64,000 bases of DNA from Eledone cirrhosa (lineage: Eukaryota). Position 1 is the stretch's first letter; the number at the start of each line of letters is the position of its first letter. Below the pieces are notes generated by a model. That model worked only from the letters and a program-made list of their open reading frames with translations, had not been told where the DNA came from and did no database searches. A program made the position numbers and the translations under genes. Below are positions 26,872 through 40,546 of the stretch, one piece after another. The stretch lies in contig OZ024754.1 of assembly GCA_964016885.1 (NCBI GenBank), positions 23,622,001-23,686,000 on the forward strand. Direction: 5' to 3'.

Positions 26872-27967
26872 ATAGCTCTTTTAATTGCGCAGAGGGTTCT
26901 ATAGAAATAGTGGACAGCTTCCGTTACCTGGGTGACAAAATCAGCAGTGGGGGAGGGTGCTCCGAAAGTACAGTAGCTAGAGTCAGAACTGGATGGAAAA
27001 CGTTCAGAGAGCTTATACCACTATTAGCCGCTAAAGGGTTCTCCCGAAAAATGAAAGGCAGGTTGTACGATGCCTGCATATGAACAGCAATGTTGCATGG
27101 CAGTGAGACCTGGGCATTGTGTGCAGAGGATATACGCAGACTAGAGAGGAACGAAGCTTGCATGCTCCGCTGGATGTGTAATAGTAATATACGTGAACGG
27201 CAAAGCATAAACGAACTAAGGAAAAAATTAGAAATAAGAGGGATCAGATGTTGTTTACTCGAGAGAAGGCTACGTTGGTATGGTCACGTGATGCGCATGA
27301 AAGACGACAGCTGTATAACAAAGTGCAGGGCAATAAAGATAGATGGTAGCCACGGACTAGGCAGACCCAGAAAAACCTGGGACGAGCTGATAAATTCCGA
27401 CCTCACACACTTACACCTCTCCAAGACAATGTCACTGGACCGAGACCTTTGGCGGTACTCAGTAATAGAGAAGACCCGCCTTACCTAAATACAAAGTAAA
27501 ACCTACTACAGTCAGTAGGCGTCTCTAACAAAATACGCCCCCGTCCCACCACCCCCACCCCATCCACACCACCCCTTTCAATGTAAAGTTATGTTGGTGC
27601 CACAACATCCAGGCCAAAACAAATGAGATCGTGTAGGTGTCACGACAAAAAACACACAGTCCACGCTGTAAAGTGGCCGTGTAGGCAACACGGTAAAAAC
27701 CTCTCAGTCCCACACTGTAAATGTGGTTGAGGTTAGGAAGGGCATCCAGCTGTAGAAAACCCGCCAGACAGTCCACGCTGTAATGTGGCCGTGTAGGTAA
27801 CACGGTAAAAACCTCCCAGCCCCACACTGTAAATGTGGTTGGTGTTAGGAAGGGCATCCAGCTGTAGAAAACCCGCCAGACAGTCCTATGCGAGCAAGAC
27901 AACCACTCTTGCCTCAAGTGGGAAAACTCCTGTCCAAACCCATGCAAGCGTGGAACATGGACGTTAA

Positions 27968-28014
<47 letters not shown>
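26872..28014 (+). mobile_element. 5'-truncated RTE LINE, same subfamily as 21053 and 35592
   Basis: [18 protein letters not shown]..., a TGA near 27080, a ~110-bp duplication in the 3' UTR, (GAT)n tail. Confidence 0.92.
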
Positions 28015-28089
28015 ATATATATATATATAAATATATATATATATACATATATATGTATAAATATATATATATATATATGTGTGTAACTT

Positions 28090-28815
28090 TGATAACTTTG
28101 ATAGGTTTTGGCCAGTATTGGCCCAGGCCATTTCTAACTTAATAGCACCATCTGGTGAAGTCTTTCAAATCATGATTTGGGCACGATAGCCCCTGAAGTT
28201 GAGAGTTATTGTTTACGGAGGCATATCCAGGATTTCTTGAAGAAATTTGTCCAAAGATTTCTTGAACTTTTGGGGGTCTGTTTCCGTTTCAATGTATTTT
28301 GGTGTCATGTTAAAGAGGGTGGGGCCAATTGAGCTGAAATAATTGTGCTGTATTATTGTTATGAGATGTGAGTGAGATTTTTGTCGTGGGCAGATAGCAC
28401 GGGGCCCATGCCTTGGGGGTACATTAATGTGATGCCAACATCATTTGGACAATGCTGATGGAATATTTTCCACGTCATGCAGATAATGTAGCGCTCACGG
28501 CGATGTTGGAGAGAATAAAGGTTGAGCTTTTCTAATCAACTCCAATAGTCAAGGCCTGTCATGCCATCTATCTTTTTTGTAATTGACCTTTGGGGTGCTT
28601 CAACTTTCATGATACTTTGTTCCATGTGAGGAGATGACAGTGGACAACAGTATTCATGGTTGGGTCGGGCAAATGTGGAGAAGAGAAGGATAAGAGTGTG
28701 GATATCTCTCGACTGGAAGGTTCTGAGAATCCAGGAATACATTCTGCAAGCCATGTCAGCTTTGCTGTTTATATGAGTGTCCCACCTTACGTTGTTGTCC
28801 ACTCCCGTGTCTCTG
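28090..28815 (-). mobile_element. CR1-group LINE 3' fragment
   Basis: WILRTFQSRD..LFSTFARPNHEYCCPL..QRSITKKIDGMTGLDYW, then LNLYSLQHRRERY. Confidence 0.8.
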
Positions 28816-29500
28816 ATGTTGTGTGTTTGTGTGTTTGTGTGTGTATGTATATATATGTATATGTTAAACTGGTGTTGACATGTCACCAGGAGAGGAGATG
28901 ATAGCTACGTTAGAAAGTGCTATCAGAATGAATTTTTCGCTAAACTGCCATAGAGCAGACCTCCCAAGAGATAGAAGGATATAATTTATAGAACATGCTG
29001 GAATACCACTGCTTACATTGGAGAGAATTGCTCTGGACAGGAAAGTTGATATCTACATTTATCAATATAGAAATATAAAATTTCCACTGTTAAATCTATC
29101 TCTGCTTCTTAAGTATTCTCTATTATCTCATGCTGCTTCTTTTTCATTTCAGAATACCAGATGACATTGGGATAAATTATTATTTTCAATCTTGGATACA
29201 TCACCTATATTTATTATCATTTCAAGACTAAAATGTCTTATACAGAACTCATATAACACTGTTTATATAAATCTGTTGTCGAATTACTGTGAAATATTTC
29301 CTCAAAACTGAGTTTATTTTCTTCACTATGAGATGATTTTGTATTTTAACTAAACTTGGATGAAACATAAGTTTGTATTATCTTCAGATATTAACTGAAA
29401 TCACAGTTGAGGGAAATATAGAAGATATATTTTTTAGGAATATAATATTAAAAATATTACAAGTAGAGCATCTGTAAATTCTGTTGAAGAAAGTATTATT

Positions 29501-30912
<1,412 letters not shown>

Positions 30913-31159
30913 ACTGACTTCAAATAACTGACTCTCACAGAGGAGATGACAAAGGAACACGACAAGTGGAAAGATGCCATGTTGAGAAGGACATGCCCAA
31001 CCCAAGCAAGCATGGAAAAACGGACATAAAAACAGTGATGATGTTGATGAAGATGATGTACATATACACACATACATAATAAATAAATCAAATACAACTA
31101 TGCACATACTTATATACAAACACAGATACAAACATACACATGGACACAAATTTCTACAC

Positions 31160-31509
31160 ACATCATTTCATCATTCATCATTTCATTTTACGTCTGCTTT
31201 TCCCTGCTTGCAAGGGTGGGACGGGAACTGATTCTGGCTTGATTTCTACAGCTGGATGCCCTTCCTAACACCAACCTCATTTACAGTGAGTGCTGGGTGC
31301 TTTTTTGCTGTGGCACCTCCACGACCACTTTGCAGTGGAATGATAGGGACCTCAGTCCCTATCATCTCATTTCTACAGCTGAGTAAACTGGAGCAATGTG
31401 AAATAAAGTGTCTTGCTCAAGGAAACAACACATCACCCGGTCTGAGATTTGAACTCACAACCTTTCGATTGCAAGGCCAATGCTCTAACCACTAAGCCAT
31501 GTGCCTCCA
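31160..31509 (-). mobile_element. tRNA-headed SINE carrying an RTE-LINE 3' tail
   Basis: A box tggcttagtgg, B box gagttcaaatc, cttgagcaagacactt core, then ggtgttaggaagggcatccagctgtagaaa and an ATGA-rich tail shared with RTE 3' UTRs. Confidence 0.8.
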
Positions 31510-31940
31510 TTCACATATATATAGCGTATGTACATTCACATATATATAGCGTATGTAAATTCTGAATGCTACAGTTTTGTCAGCTAAACTCTTGGTTAAA
31601 CTTCTACAAATAAAATGAAAGGAGAATAATTTCTTAGTAAAACAGTTTTATTCAAAATATTAACATTGGTGGCACTATATTCGGTGAGTGACATGGTTTT
31701 TATCTTGTCTAATTGTGTTTGCGTTGCATCAAGTAACCTTTACAAGAGAATTAATATTTTGAATAAAACTATTTTACGAAGAAATTATTCTCCTTTCATT
31801 TTATTTGTAGAAGTTGTAACCAAGAGTTTTGCTGACAAAACTGTATCGTTCAGAATTAGCATACATTATATATAAGTGAATGTATGTGTGTAGAAATTTG
31901 AGTCCATGTATATGCTTGTATATAAGTATGTGTATAGCTG

Positions 31941-32465
31941 TGTAGTGACCTACATTCTGCGGGCTCACATACATTCTCCGTGTGTTATTTGGCTCAGCCT
32001 AGCCAATGACCGCCAGCAGAGGAGAATGTATTTCTACGCGCCCTGCAGGAAAAATTCTCGTGTCAATTGAGAAATCGCTCTCTTGCATCCTGACCATGCT
32101 AATGTAAAGACCACTTATTCTCTTGCTGCTTGAACACCGAAGGACCAACACAAACAATGTAACGGTGAGATTTGCACTTTGGCCTGCTGGCCTGCCTTGG
32201 GCCTGGCACAATGCCACATTCCTTTTGTAACCATTTTATGTTTAACTTCAACCATACAATTTAACAAACATTACTTTGTGCTACAATAAAATAAACATAC
32301 ATTTCATCTCTTATTTCTGCTGTTGACATCGTTATTATGGTTCACGTGGCACTACTAACTATAACATATCTTAACTGTTAAAATTGGTGAGTTTCGACGC
32401 AGGAGTATTTAAGCATGAAAAGCTCCTTTACAATATATATATACATCAACCATGCTTCCTGTTAA
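31941..32465 (+). mobile_element. LTR-like insertion with AGCTG target duplication
   Basis: Starts TGTAGTG; contains AATAAA and a PBS-like TGGTGAG at ~32385; AGCTG at 31936-31940 and 32466-32470; absent from the mirror arm. Confidence 0.6.
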
Positions 32466-32504
32466 AGCTGTATTTGATTTATTTATTATGTATGTGTGTA
32501 TATG

Positions 32505-33145
32505 TACATCATCTTCATCAACATCATCACTGTTTTTATGTCCGGTTTTCCATGCTTGCTTGGGTTGGGCAGGTCCTTCTCAACATAGCATCTTTCCACT
32601 TGTCGTGTTCCTTTGTCATCTCCTCTGTGAGAGACAGTTATTTGAAGTCAGTTCACACAGCCTCTGTCCAGGTCTTTCTTGGTCTACCTTCACTATGGCT
32701 TCCTTCCACTGGGATTTACTGACACTTCTTCACCCAGCGGTCATTATCCATATGCATCCCATGTCCATACAAACACAGTCTTCTCTCTTACACACCACTT
32801 CAGATCACTCTTAAACCCAGCTTCTTGAACTTGCCAAACTCTGCCTTTCTCTCACACTTACATAACATATCCTACAAAGCATGGCTGCTTCATTTCTCTC
32901 CAGTCTACATATCCTCTGCAGTCACAGCCCTTGTTTCGTTAACATTCATCATTGTACATCATCCACATGTCATACAGTCGTTCTTTTGTACAGAGAGAGA
33001 AACCTTTTGTGGTCAACTGTTGCAGTAGCTCTCTAAACTTTTTCCATCCTATCCTTATTCTAGCTATTCATCTTTCAGAGCAGCCCCCTCCACTGCTAAT
33101 TAACTCACATAGATTGCAAAAGCTATCAACCACTTCTATGTGTAT
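32505..33145 (-). mobile_element. Decayed RTE LINE 3' part
   Basis: [28 protein letters not shown] remnants and an ATG-repeat tail. Confidence 0.8.
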
Positions 33146-33399
33146 CTAATTACATATATAATTAAGCCTGACAATTACACTGCTAAAGATTTACCTCCCT
33201 TTTTGACAATATGAAACTCTCCTCTGTTTGGGGTGAAAATTGTTGGAGGAAAGCACTTCCTTTTAATATATTTGTCAGCATGCCTAATGAAGGGTTAGTT
33301 TAGAAGTGCCTCCACCCATTAAACAGTGGTGGCCATAAGTGGACTCAGAAACCAGTGGTCACACATAACGTTATGTGTATGAAACATTATTTACACTAA

Positions 33400-34890
33400 A
33401 TAGGCTATGGGTCCACAAGAGATTTAGTGGGATACATGGTAAGTTTGTTAAGAACGTAGGTTTTACATGCGGCTCATTGCACTGGAGCAGTGAGACACAA
33501 TCACTTTTAGGGGACAAGCTCTATCACATACTTAATGGGTTCCATAGAAACAGTTGACAGTTTCTGTTACCTAGGTGACCAAATTAGCAGCGGAGGTAAG
33601 TGTTCTGAATGTACAGTAACCAGAGTAAGAACAAGATGGTAAAGGTTTAGGGTGCTATGACTACTACTACTACTACTACTACAGCTAGCTACAAGAGGTT
33701 GTTTCATCAAATTTATGTCTGCATATGAACAGCAATGCTGCATTGCAGTGAGATCTGGGCGGTGTGTGCAGAGGACCTCCGAAGATTGGATAAAAATGAA
33801 GTTTGAAATCTCCGATGGATGTGTAATATTAATATACATGAAGAACAAAGTGTAAATAATCTGAGAGAGAACCTGGGCATGAGAGGGATAAGATACAGTA
33901 TGCAGAAGAGGAGATTGCTGTGGTATAGACATGTGATGTGTATGGGGGTAGAGATGTTGTATAAAAGGTTGACTGCTTGAAATTGATGGAAGAGGAAGAC
34001 CTAGGAAAGCTTGGAATGAGGAGGTAAAAACTGACCTGACACCATTGTAACTCTCAAAGGTAGTGACACAGGATTGAAATCTTTGGCATTATACAGTACC
34101 GCAGGAGACCTGCATTCTCATCTGCATGGTATGACACAGCATTTAGTGGTTTGAAGTATACTCCAATTTTCCTCCACCCCCTTACCAGCTAAGTACGCCA
34201 CCCCGGCTCACCTCTCCAATCCCCACCCAACATACACACAACCCCACCCCCACTTTCACATCTGATACACCTCTCTTGACCAATCCATGTATACAAGTAT
34301 GGAAAGCTTAACATGCTCTCCTCCAATGCTGCTGAAATGGCTAAACCCTCAGGCAACCTTGTAAGGTAGTCATGCAGGTGTCATGACAAAAGAGCACTGA
34401 GTCCTCTCTGTTAGGTAATATGACAAAAGAGCACCTAACGCTCCCTGCAAGGTAGTGACGCTGGTGACATGAGAAATAAGCACCCAGTCCACCCTGTGAG
34501 GTAGACATGACAGGAGGCCCCTAGACCACTCTGTAAAGTGGTCATGCTAGTGGCAAGGCTGAAGGCAACCGAACCACCCTTCAAAGTGGTCGAATTGGTG
34601 ACATGACAAGAGCATCAAGTCTGCTCTGTTAGCTGGTGGTTATCATGATGATGACACAATGAAAAGCACCCAGTCCACCCTGTAGGTTGGTCATGTTAGC
34701 AACACAATAAATACCAAGTCCACCCTGTAAATGTGGTTGGAGTTAGGAAGGGCATCCATACGTAGAAACCAACCAGAAATGGTTCTTGCATGAACAAGAC
34801 AGGGTCATATGATCTAAGTTTTCACACAACAGGACAACTCGTCTGACCTATGCTAACATGTAAAATGGAGTTTACCTTGTGATGAGGATA
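33400..34890 (+). mobile_element. Decayed RTE LINE with a ~47-bp tandem array in the 3' UTR (~34355-34735)
   Basis: WVHKRFSGI, FCYLGDQISSGG, LLWYRHVM; repeated aaagcacccagtccaccctgtaaggtagtcatgctggtgaca. Confidence 0.8.
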
Positions 34891-34983
34891 AATACAATAT
34901 ATGAATATATACATATATATTATATTCTTTTTTCTTATACCTGTTCCAGCTATCTGGCTGAGGACATGCTGGGGCACCACCCT

Positions 34984-35101
<118 letters not shown>

Positions 35102-35400
35102 ATATATGTATAAATGTTGGTAAACCCATATGTAGATATATATATGTGTTCATGTATGTATATATATACATACTACTGTACATCTGTATACATATTTGTA
35201 TGTATGTATACATACTTATATTTAAGTATCAGCCGTACTAAGAATGAGAAATGAAATTTCATTTAATTCTTTTCCATTTATCGTTTTCGGTACGCCCGGC
35301 CGACTAACTCACTCGATAGGCAAATTAGGCTGCTCAGCCGTTAATATGCATAAGGAAAATATATACTTTCAAACGTTCAATCATCTGACAGGAAGGTATA

Positions 35401-35441
35401 CAATGCTGACGAAAGCTAATAAGCTTGAAACCAGTTCATCG
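35401..35441 (+). ncRNA. Minimal hammerhead-like motif
   Basis: ATG CTGACGA AAGCT aata AGCTT GAAA C ca G TT CAT; short stem I, GUU triplet. Confidence 0.5.
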
Positions 35442-35591
35442 TTCCTTTGGCAATGTTGAACAAATGGCAACGATGTTTGCCGAACACTGTACGGCTTGAT
35501 TTGGGCTGTTTGTTTACAAACAAACCGAAAAATATAATAAATGATCGGTAAACCCATACGTACATATATATATATGTGTGCATGTATGTAT

Positions 35592-37990
35592 TATCATCAT
35601 CATCGTCATCTTCGTTTAACGTCCATCTTCCACGCTTGCATGGGTTTGGACGGGAATTTTCCTACTTGAGGCAAGATTGGTTGTCCTGCTTATATAGGAC
35701 TGTCTGGCGGGTTTTCTACGACTGGATGCCCTTCCTAATACCACCAACCACGTTTACAGTGTGGACTGGGAGGTTTTTACTGTGTTACCTACACGGCCAC
35801 ATTACAGCGTGGACTGTGTGTTTTTTTGTCGTGACACCTACACGACCTCATTTATTTCGGACTGGATGTTGTGGTACCAACATAACTTTACATTGAAGGG
35901 GGTAGTGGGACGGGAGAGGGCGGTATTTTTGTTAGAGGTGCCTACTGACTGTAGGTTTCGCTTTGTACTTAGGCAAGGCGGGTCTTCTGTGTTACTGTGT
36001 AGCGCCAAAGATCTCAGTCCAGTGACATTGTCTTGGAGAGGTGTAAGTGTGTGAGGTCGGAATTTATCAAGTCGTCCCAGGTTTTTCTGGGTCTGCCTAC
36101 TCTGTGGCTACCGTCTATTTTTATCGCCCTGCACTTTTTTTATACAGCTGTCGTCTTTCATCACGTGACCGTACCAACGTAGTCTTCTCTGAAGTAAACA
36201 ACATCTGATCCCTCTTATTCCTAATTTCGCCCTTAGTTCGTTTATGCTTTGCCGTTCACGTATATTATATTACACATCCAGCGGAGCATGCAAGCTTCAT
36301 TCCTCTCCAGTCTGCGTATATCCTCTGCACACAATGCCCAAGTCTCACTGCCATGTAACATTGCTGTTCGTATGCAGGCATCATACAGCCTGCCTTTCAT
36401 TTTTAGAGAGAACCCTTTAGCGGCCAATAGTGGTATAAGCTCTCTGAACTTTTTCCATCCCGTTCTGACTCTAGCTACTATACTTTCAGAGCACCCTCCC
36501 CCACTGCTGATTTGGTCACCCAGGTAACGGAAGGTGTCCACTATTTCTATAGAACCATCTGTGCAATGGAATGAGCTAGTATTCTGTGGGCACTTGCTGC
36601 TACTTATTGCACCTGAGCACCGGCCACATATAAAATCTATATTCTTAGTTAGCTTACCTGTGATCCCACTACATCTTTTATGCACCCATACTTACCCCTA
36701 TTTAGGGCCTCTCCTTTACCCTTGTAGCAGTTAATGATGATGCTGCTACGCCAGTCCTTCGGAACGACCCCATTCTGTATGACTTGGTTTACTATCCGGG
36801 TGACCATAGTGTGTCCCACCGTTCCAGATGATTTCAGCATTTCAGTAACTATTTCCGAAGGCCCAGCCGCCTTACCCGTCTTCATATCTTTGATTGCCTT
36901 ACTTATTATACTACCTTCAACTTGCACTGCTTGTGCCTCTATTGGATCAATGTGGGGGAGACTGTCTTTCTCCCATTTATTCTCCTCATTTAGTAGCCTT
37001 TCGTAGTGACACTTCCAAGCTACCTTCTTATCAGCGTCAGTGATAGCAAGTACACCATCATCATTAAGGACACACTTCTCCCCGACAATATCACGGTTTT
37101 CCTTGACACATTGCCTAGCAATCCTGAACACCTCACATTTTTGGTCCTCACATTGTAGAACATGCTTGAACTTTCTTTCCTCTGCTTCCCTTCTTGCGAA
37201 ATACACTTGTCTCCTAGCTTCCCTCCTGGCCACTTGATAGTCTTCTCTACTTCCCCCATCCCGCCATACTTTCCAAGCCTGCTTTTTGGCCTTGATTGAC
37301 TCCTCCACCTTATTGTTCCACCACCACGTTACTCTCCTCCTGCCTATAGGTCTGCTCCAGCCACAGACTTCATCTGCCGCCTTCTGCAGGTTAGCTTTCA
37401 GGAATTCCCACTATTCCTCTATATTGTACGACTCTAATTGCTCTTCCTTACTGTCAAAAGCATCAAGTAATATGCTTTTAAATTTATTACTGGCTGTGGG
37501 GTCCTTTAGCTTCCATATTTTTCTCCTGAGGATAATCCTCCTCTGTTGTCGAGTACGTCTTGTCCTGACTATGAGTCTATGTTTGGAGGTGCATTCTTCA
37601 TGGGGGAGGGATTTAGTGTTTACAACAAACACTCTATTACGTCTTCTGGTAAGGATATAATCTATTTGACTGGCGTGTTCCCCTGAGCTGTAGGTGATCA
37701 AGTGATTGTCTCGTTTATTGAAGTTAGTGTTACAGATAGTTAGGTTATTTGCGTCACAGAATTCCAGGATTCTGTAGCCTTCCTCATTTCTAGTATCAAA
37801 CCCATAGCCTCCATGGATTTCGTCGTAGCCGTCACAATGTTGTCCAACGTGAACATTTAGGTCGCCAGCAATAATTATGTAGTCACTGTCGGTTATTTGG
37901 GAGGCAGTGAGCATCAATGACTCATAGAAGCTGTCTTTTATAATGCCAGGCAGTCCGGATTGGGGTGCGTACGCAGATATTACTGTCATG
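35592..37990 (-). mobile_element. RTE LINE from the APE domain to the 3' tail, with the RT core deleted at ~36690
   Basis: VISAYAPQ, AGDLNVHVG, SQIDYIL (APE); GEALNRG joined directly to WVHKRCSG; (GAT)n tail. Confidence 0.92.
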
Positions 37991-38164
37991 TATATATATA
38001 TACATACTACTGTACGTCTGTATACATATATGTATGTATACATACTTATATTTAAGTATCAGCCATACTAAGAGTGAGAAATGAAATTTAATTTCATTCT
38101 TTTCCATTTATCGTTTTCAGTACGTCTGTATACATATATGTATGTACGTATACATACTTATATT

Positions 38165-38196
<32 letters not shown>

Positions 38197-38230
<34 letters not shown>

Positions 38231-40546
38231 TTTACGTCCGCTTTTCCCTGCTTTCAAGGGTGGGACGGGTCTTATTCAGCACAGTATCTCCACCGTGAGC
38301 TTCAGTGATCTGAGGTCTCTTCTCACCACCTCCGCCCATGTTTTTCTTGGTCTACCTCTACCACGTCTTCCTTCAACTGGTATTTCCTGGCAATTCTTCA
38401 CTCATCGGTCATCCTCCATTCGCATCACATGTCCATACCACCTCAGTCTCCTCTCTCGCATACTACATTCTATACCTCTCAGACACAGTTTCTCTCTCAA
38501 CATTTTCATGCTGGGTCGTTCACGCACATTGACATTGCACATCCAACGGAGCATGCTTACCTCATTTCTCTCCTGCCGTCGTATATCCTCTACAGTTGCT
38601 GCCCATGTCTCACTACCATGCAGCATCGTGCTCCTCACACAGTCATCATATAACCGGCCTTTCGTACGCAGTGAGAAACCCTTCTTTGTTAGAAGAGGAA
38701 GCAGCTCCCTAAACTTCTTCCAACCCGTCCTTATTCTAGATACTATGGCCTCGGAACACCCCCTCCCATGCTAATCTGATCACCTAGGTACCGGAAGCTA
38801 TCAACCACTTCTATAGCACTCGCCTGTATTTGAAAAATGTGTCCATCAATGCGACTTCTACTCTCTTATTTCCCTGTACAACTACTGCATATGTATTTCT
38901 CCCTACCGGTTAGTTTGCCTGCTATCCCACTACATCTCTTGTGTACCCAGGATCTGCTTTGTGTGCATTTTATAGAATTTATGCCAGTTCCTTTTCTGCA
39001 TATCGAACATCGCCATTTCCCTGGCGGAATCACAGTTTTGTCCTTATTTTCTCCTCATCAACACTTTTGTCTTAGCTAGGTTCACTCTCAGTCCTCTTGC
39101 TTCCAACTGCTGTTTCCATAGCCAGAATTTATTCTCTAGTTCCTCTACTGATTCTGCTATAAGAACCAGATTGTCAGCATAGAGAAGTTCCCATGGACAG
39201 CCAGTCTTAAACTCCTCTGTTATGGCTTGGAGGACTATAATGAACAAGAGCGGGCTGAGTACCGAACCTTGATGTACTCCTACATGTATCTGGAATTCCT
39301 CACTAAACTCCATTCCTACCCTGACTTTACTGACAGTACCTCTGTACAAAGTTTGCACTGTCCTCACAAGCCATTCTTCAACACCTAGTTTCCTTAGGGA
39401 CCACCAGGTGACAGATCGGGGTACCCTATCAAAGGCCTTCTCTAGGTCAACAAAGGCTAAGTATAGTGGCTTATTTTTCTCTAGGAACCTCTCTTGTAAT
39501 TGTCTCACCAAGAAGAGGGCATCTGTTGTACTCTTCCCAGACACAAAACCAAACTGCATCTCATCTAGTTTGACCCTATCTCTAATTAGTTGCGCTAATA
39601 TTCTCTCTGCCACTTTCATAACCTGATCCATCAGTTTTATACCCCTATAATTGCTCCTCTCCAGAGCATCCCCTTTACCTTTGTAGCAATTTATGAGAAT
39701 ACTGCTGCACCAGTCTTTGGGTATGATACCACCATATATAGCCTGATTGATGATGCGTGCAACCAGTTTAGCGCCTACTTCTTCTGATGCCTTCAGCATC
39801 TCAGCAACTATCCCCGATGGTCCAGCAGCCTTACAATTTTTCATTTCCTTAATCCCCTCTTGGACCCTATATCCGACAATCTCAATAGCTGGACCCTCTC
39901 TCGGATCTACTGAGGGTAATTTCTCTCTCTCCCATTCGTTCTCCACATTCATCAGTCCCTCATAATGACATTTCCAGGCCTCCTTTTTCTGATCATTCGT
40001 GACACTAAGTACACCTGCATCATTCCGGACACATTTATCTCCAACAACATCCTGATTTGCATTGACACACTGCCTTGCAGTGTGGAACACCGCACGCCTC
40101 TGATCTTCCCGTCGCAGAACATTGGCAAACCTCCATGCTAAGTACACCTGACGTCTAGCTTCTCTCTTAGCGGCTGTATATCCTTCTCTACTCCCACCCT
40201 TTTTCCAAGCCTTCCATGCTAGTCTTTTGTCTCTAATGGCCTTATCTACTGTGCTGTTCCACCACCAGGTCACTCTCTGTCTGGTTGGAGTTCTGCTCCA
40301 GCCACAAGTTTCATCAGTAGCATGCAATAGTGTGTCACGTAAGAAATTCCAGTTATCATCTATGTCATACGTCTCTAAATCGTCTTCTTTTTCGTCATAC
40401 ACATCTTGAAGGGGTTTCTTAGATTTGTATTTTAGTGAAAGGTCTTTTAGCTTCCATACCTTTCTTCTCCACACCTTCCTGTATGTCTGATTCCATCTCT
40501 TGCTTATTGAGATATCACTAACGACTAACCTATGCTGTGGAGTACA
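38197..40546 (-). mobile_element. 5'-truncated RTE LINE with a largely open RT ORF
   Basis: ORF 39044-40546 with QFGFVSGKSTTDA, FVDLEKAFDRVP, GVHQGSVLSPLLF, LLYADNL; frameshift at ~39045; (ATG)n tail. Confidence 0.93.
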
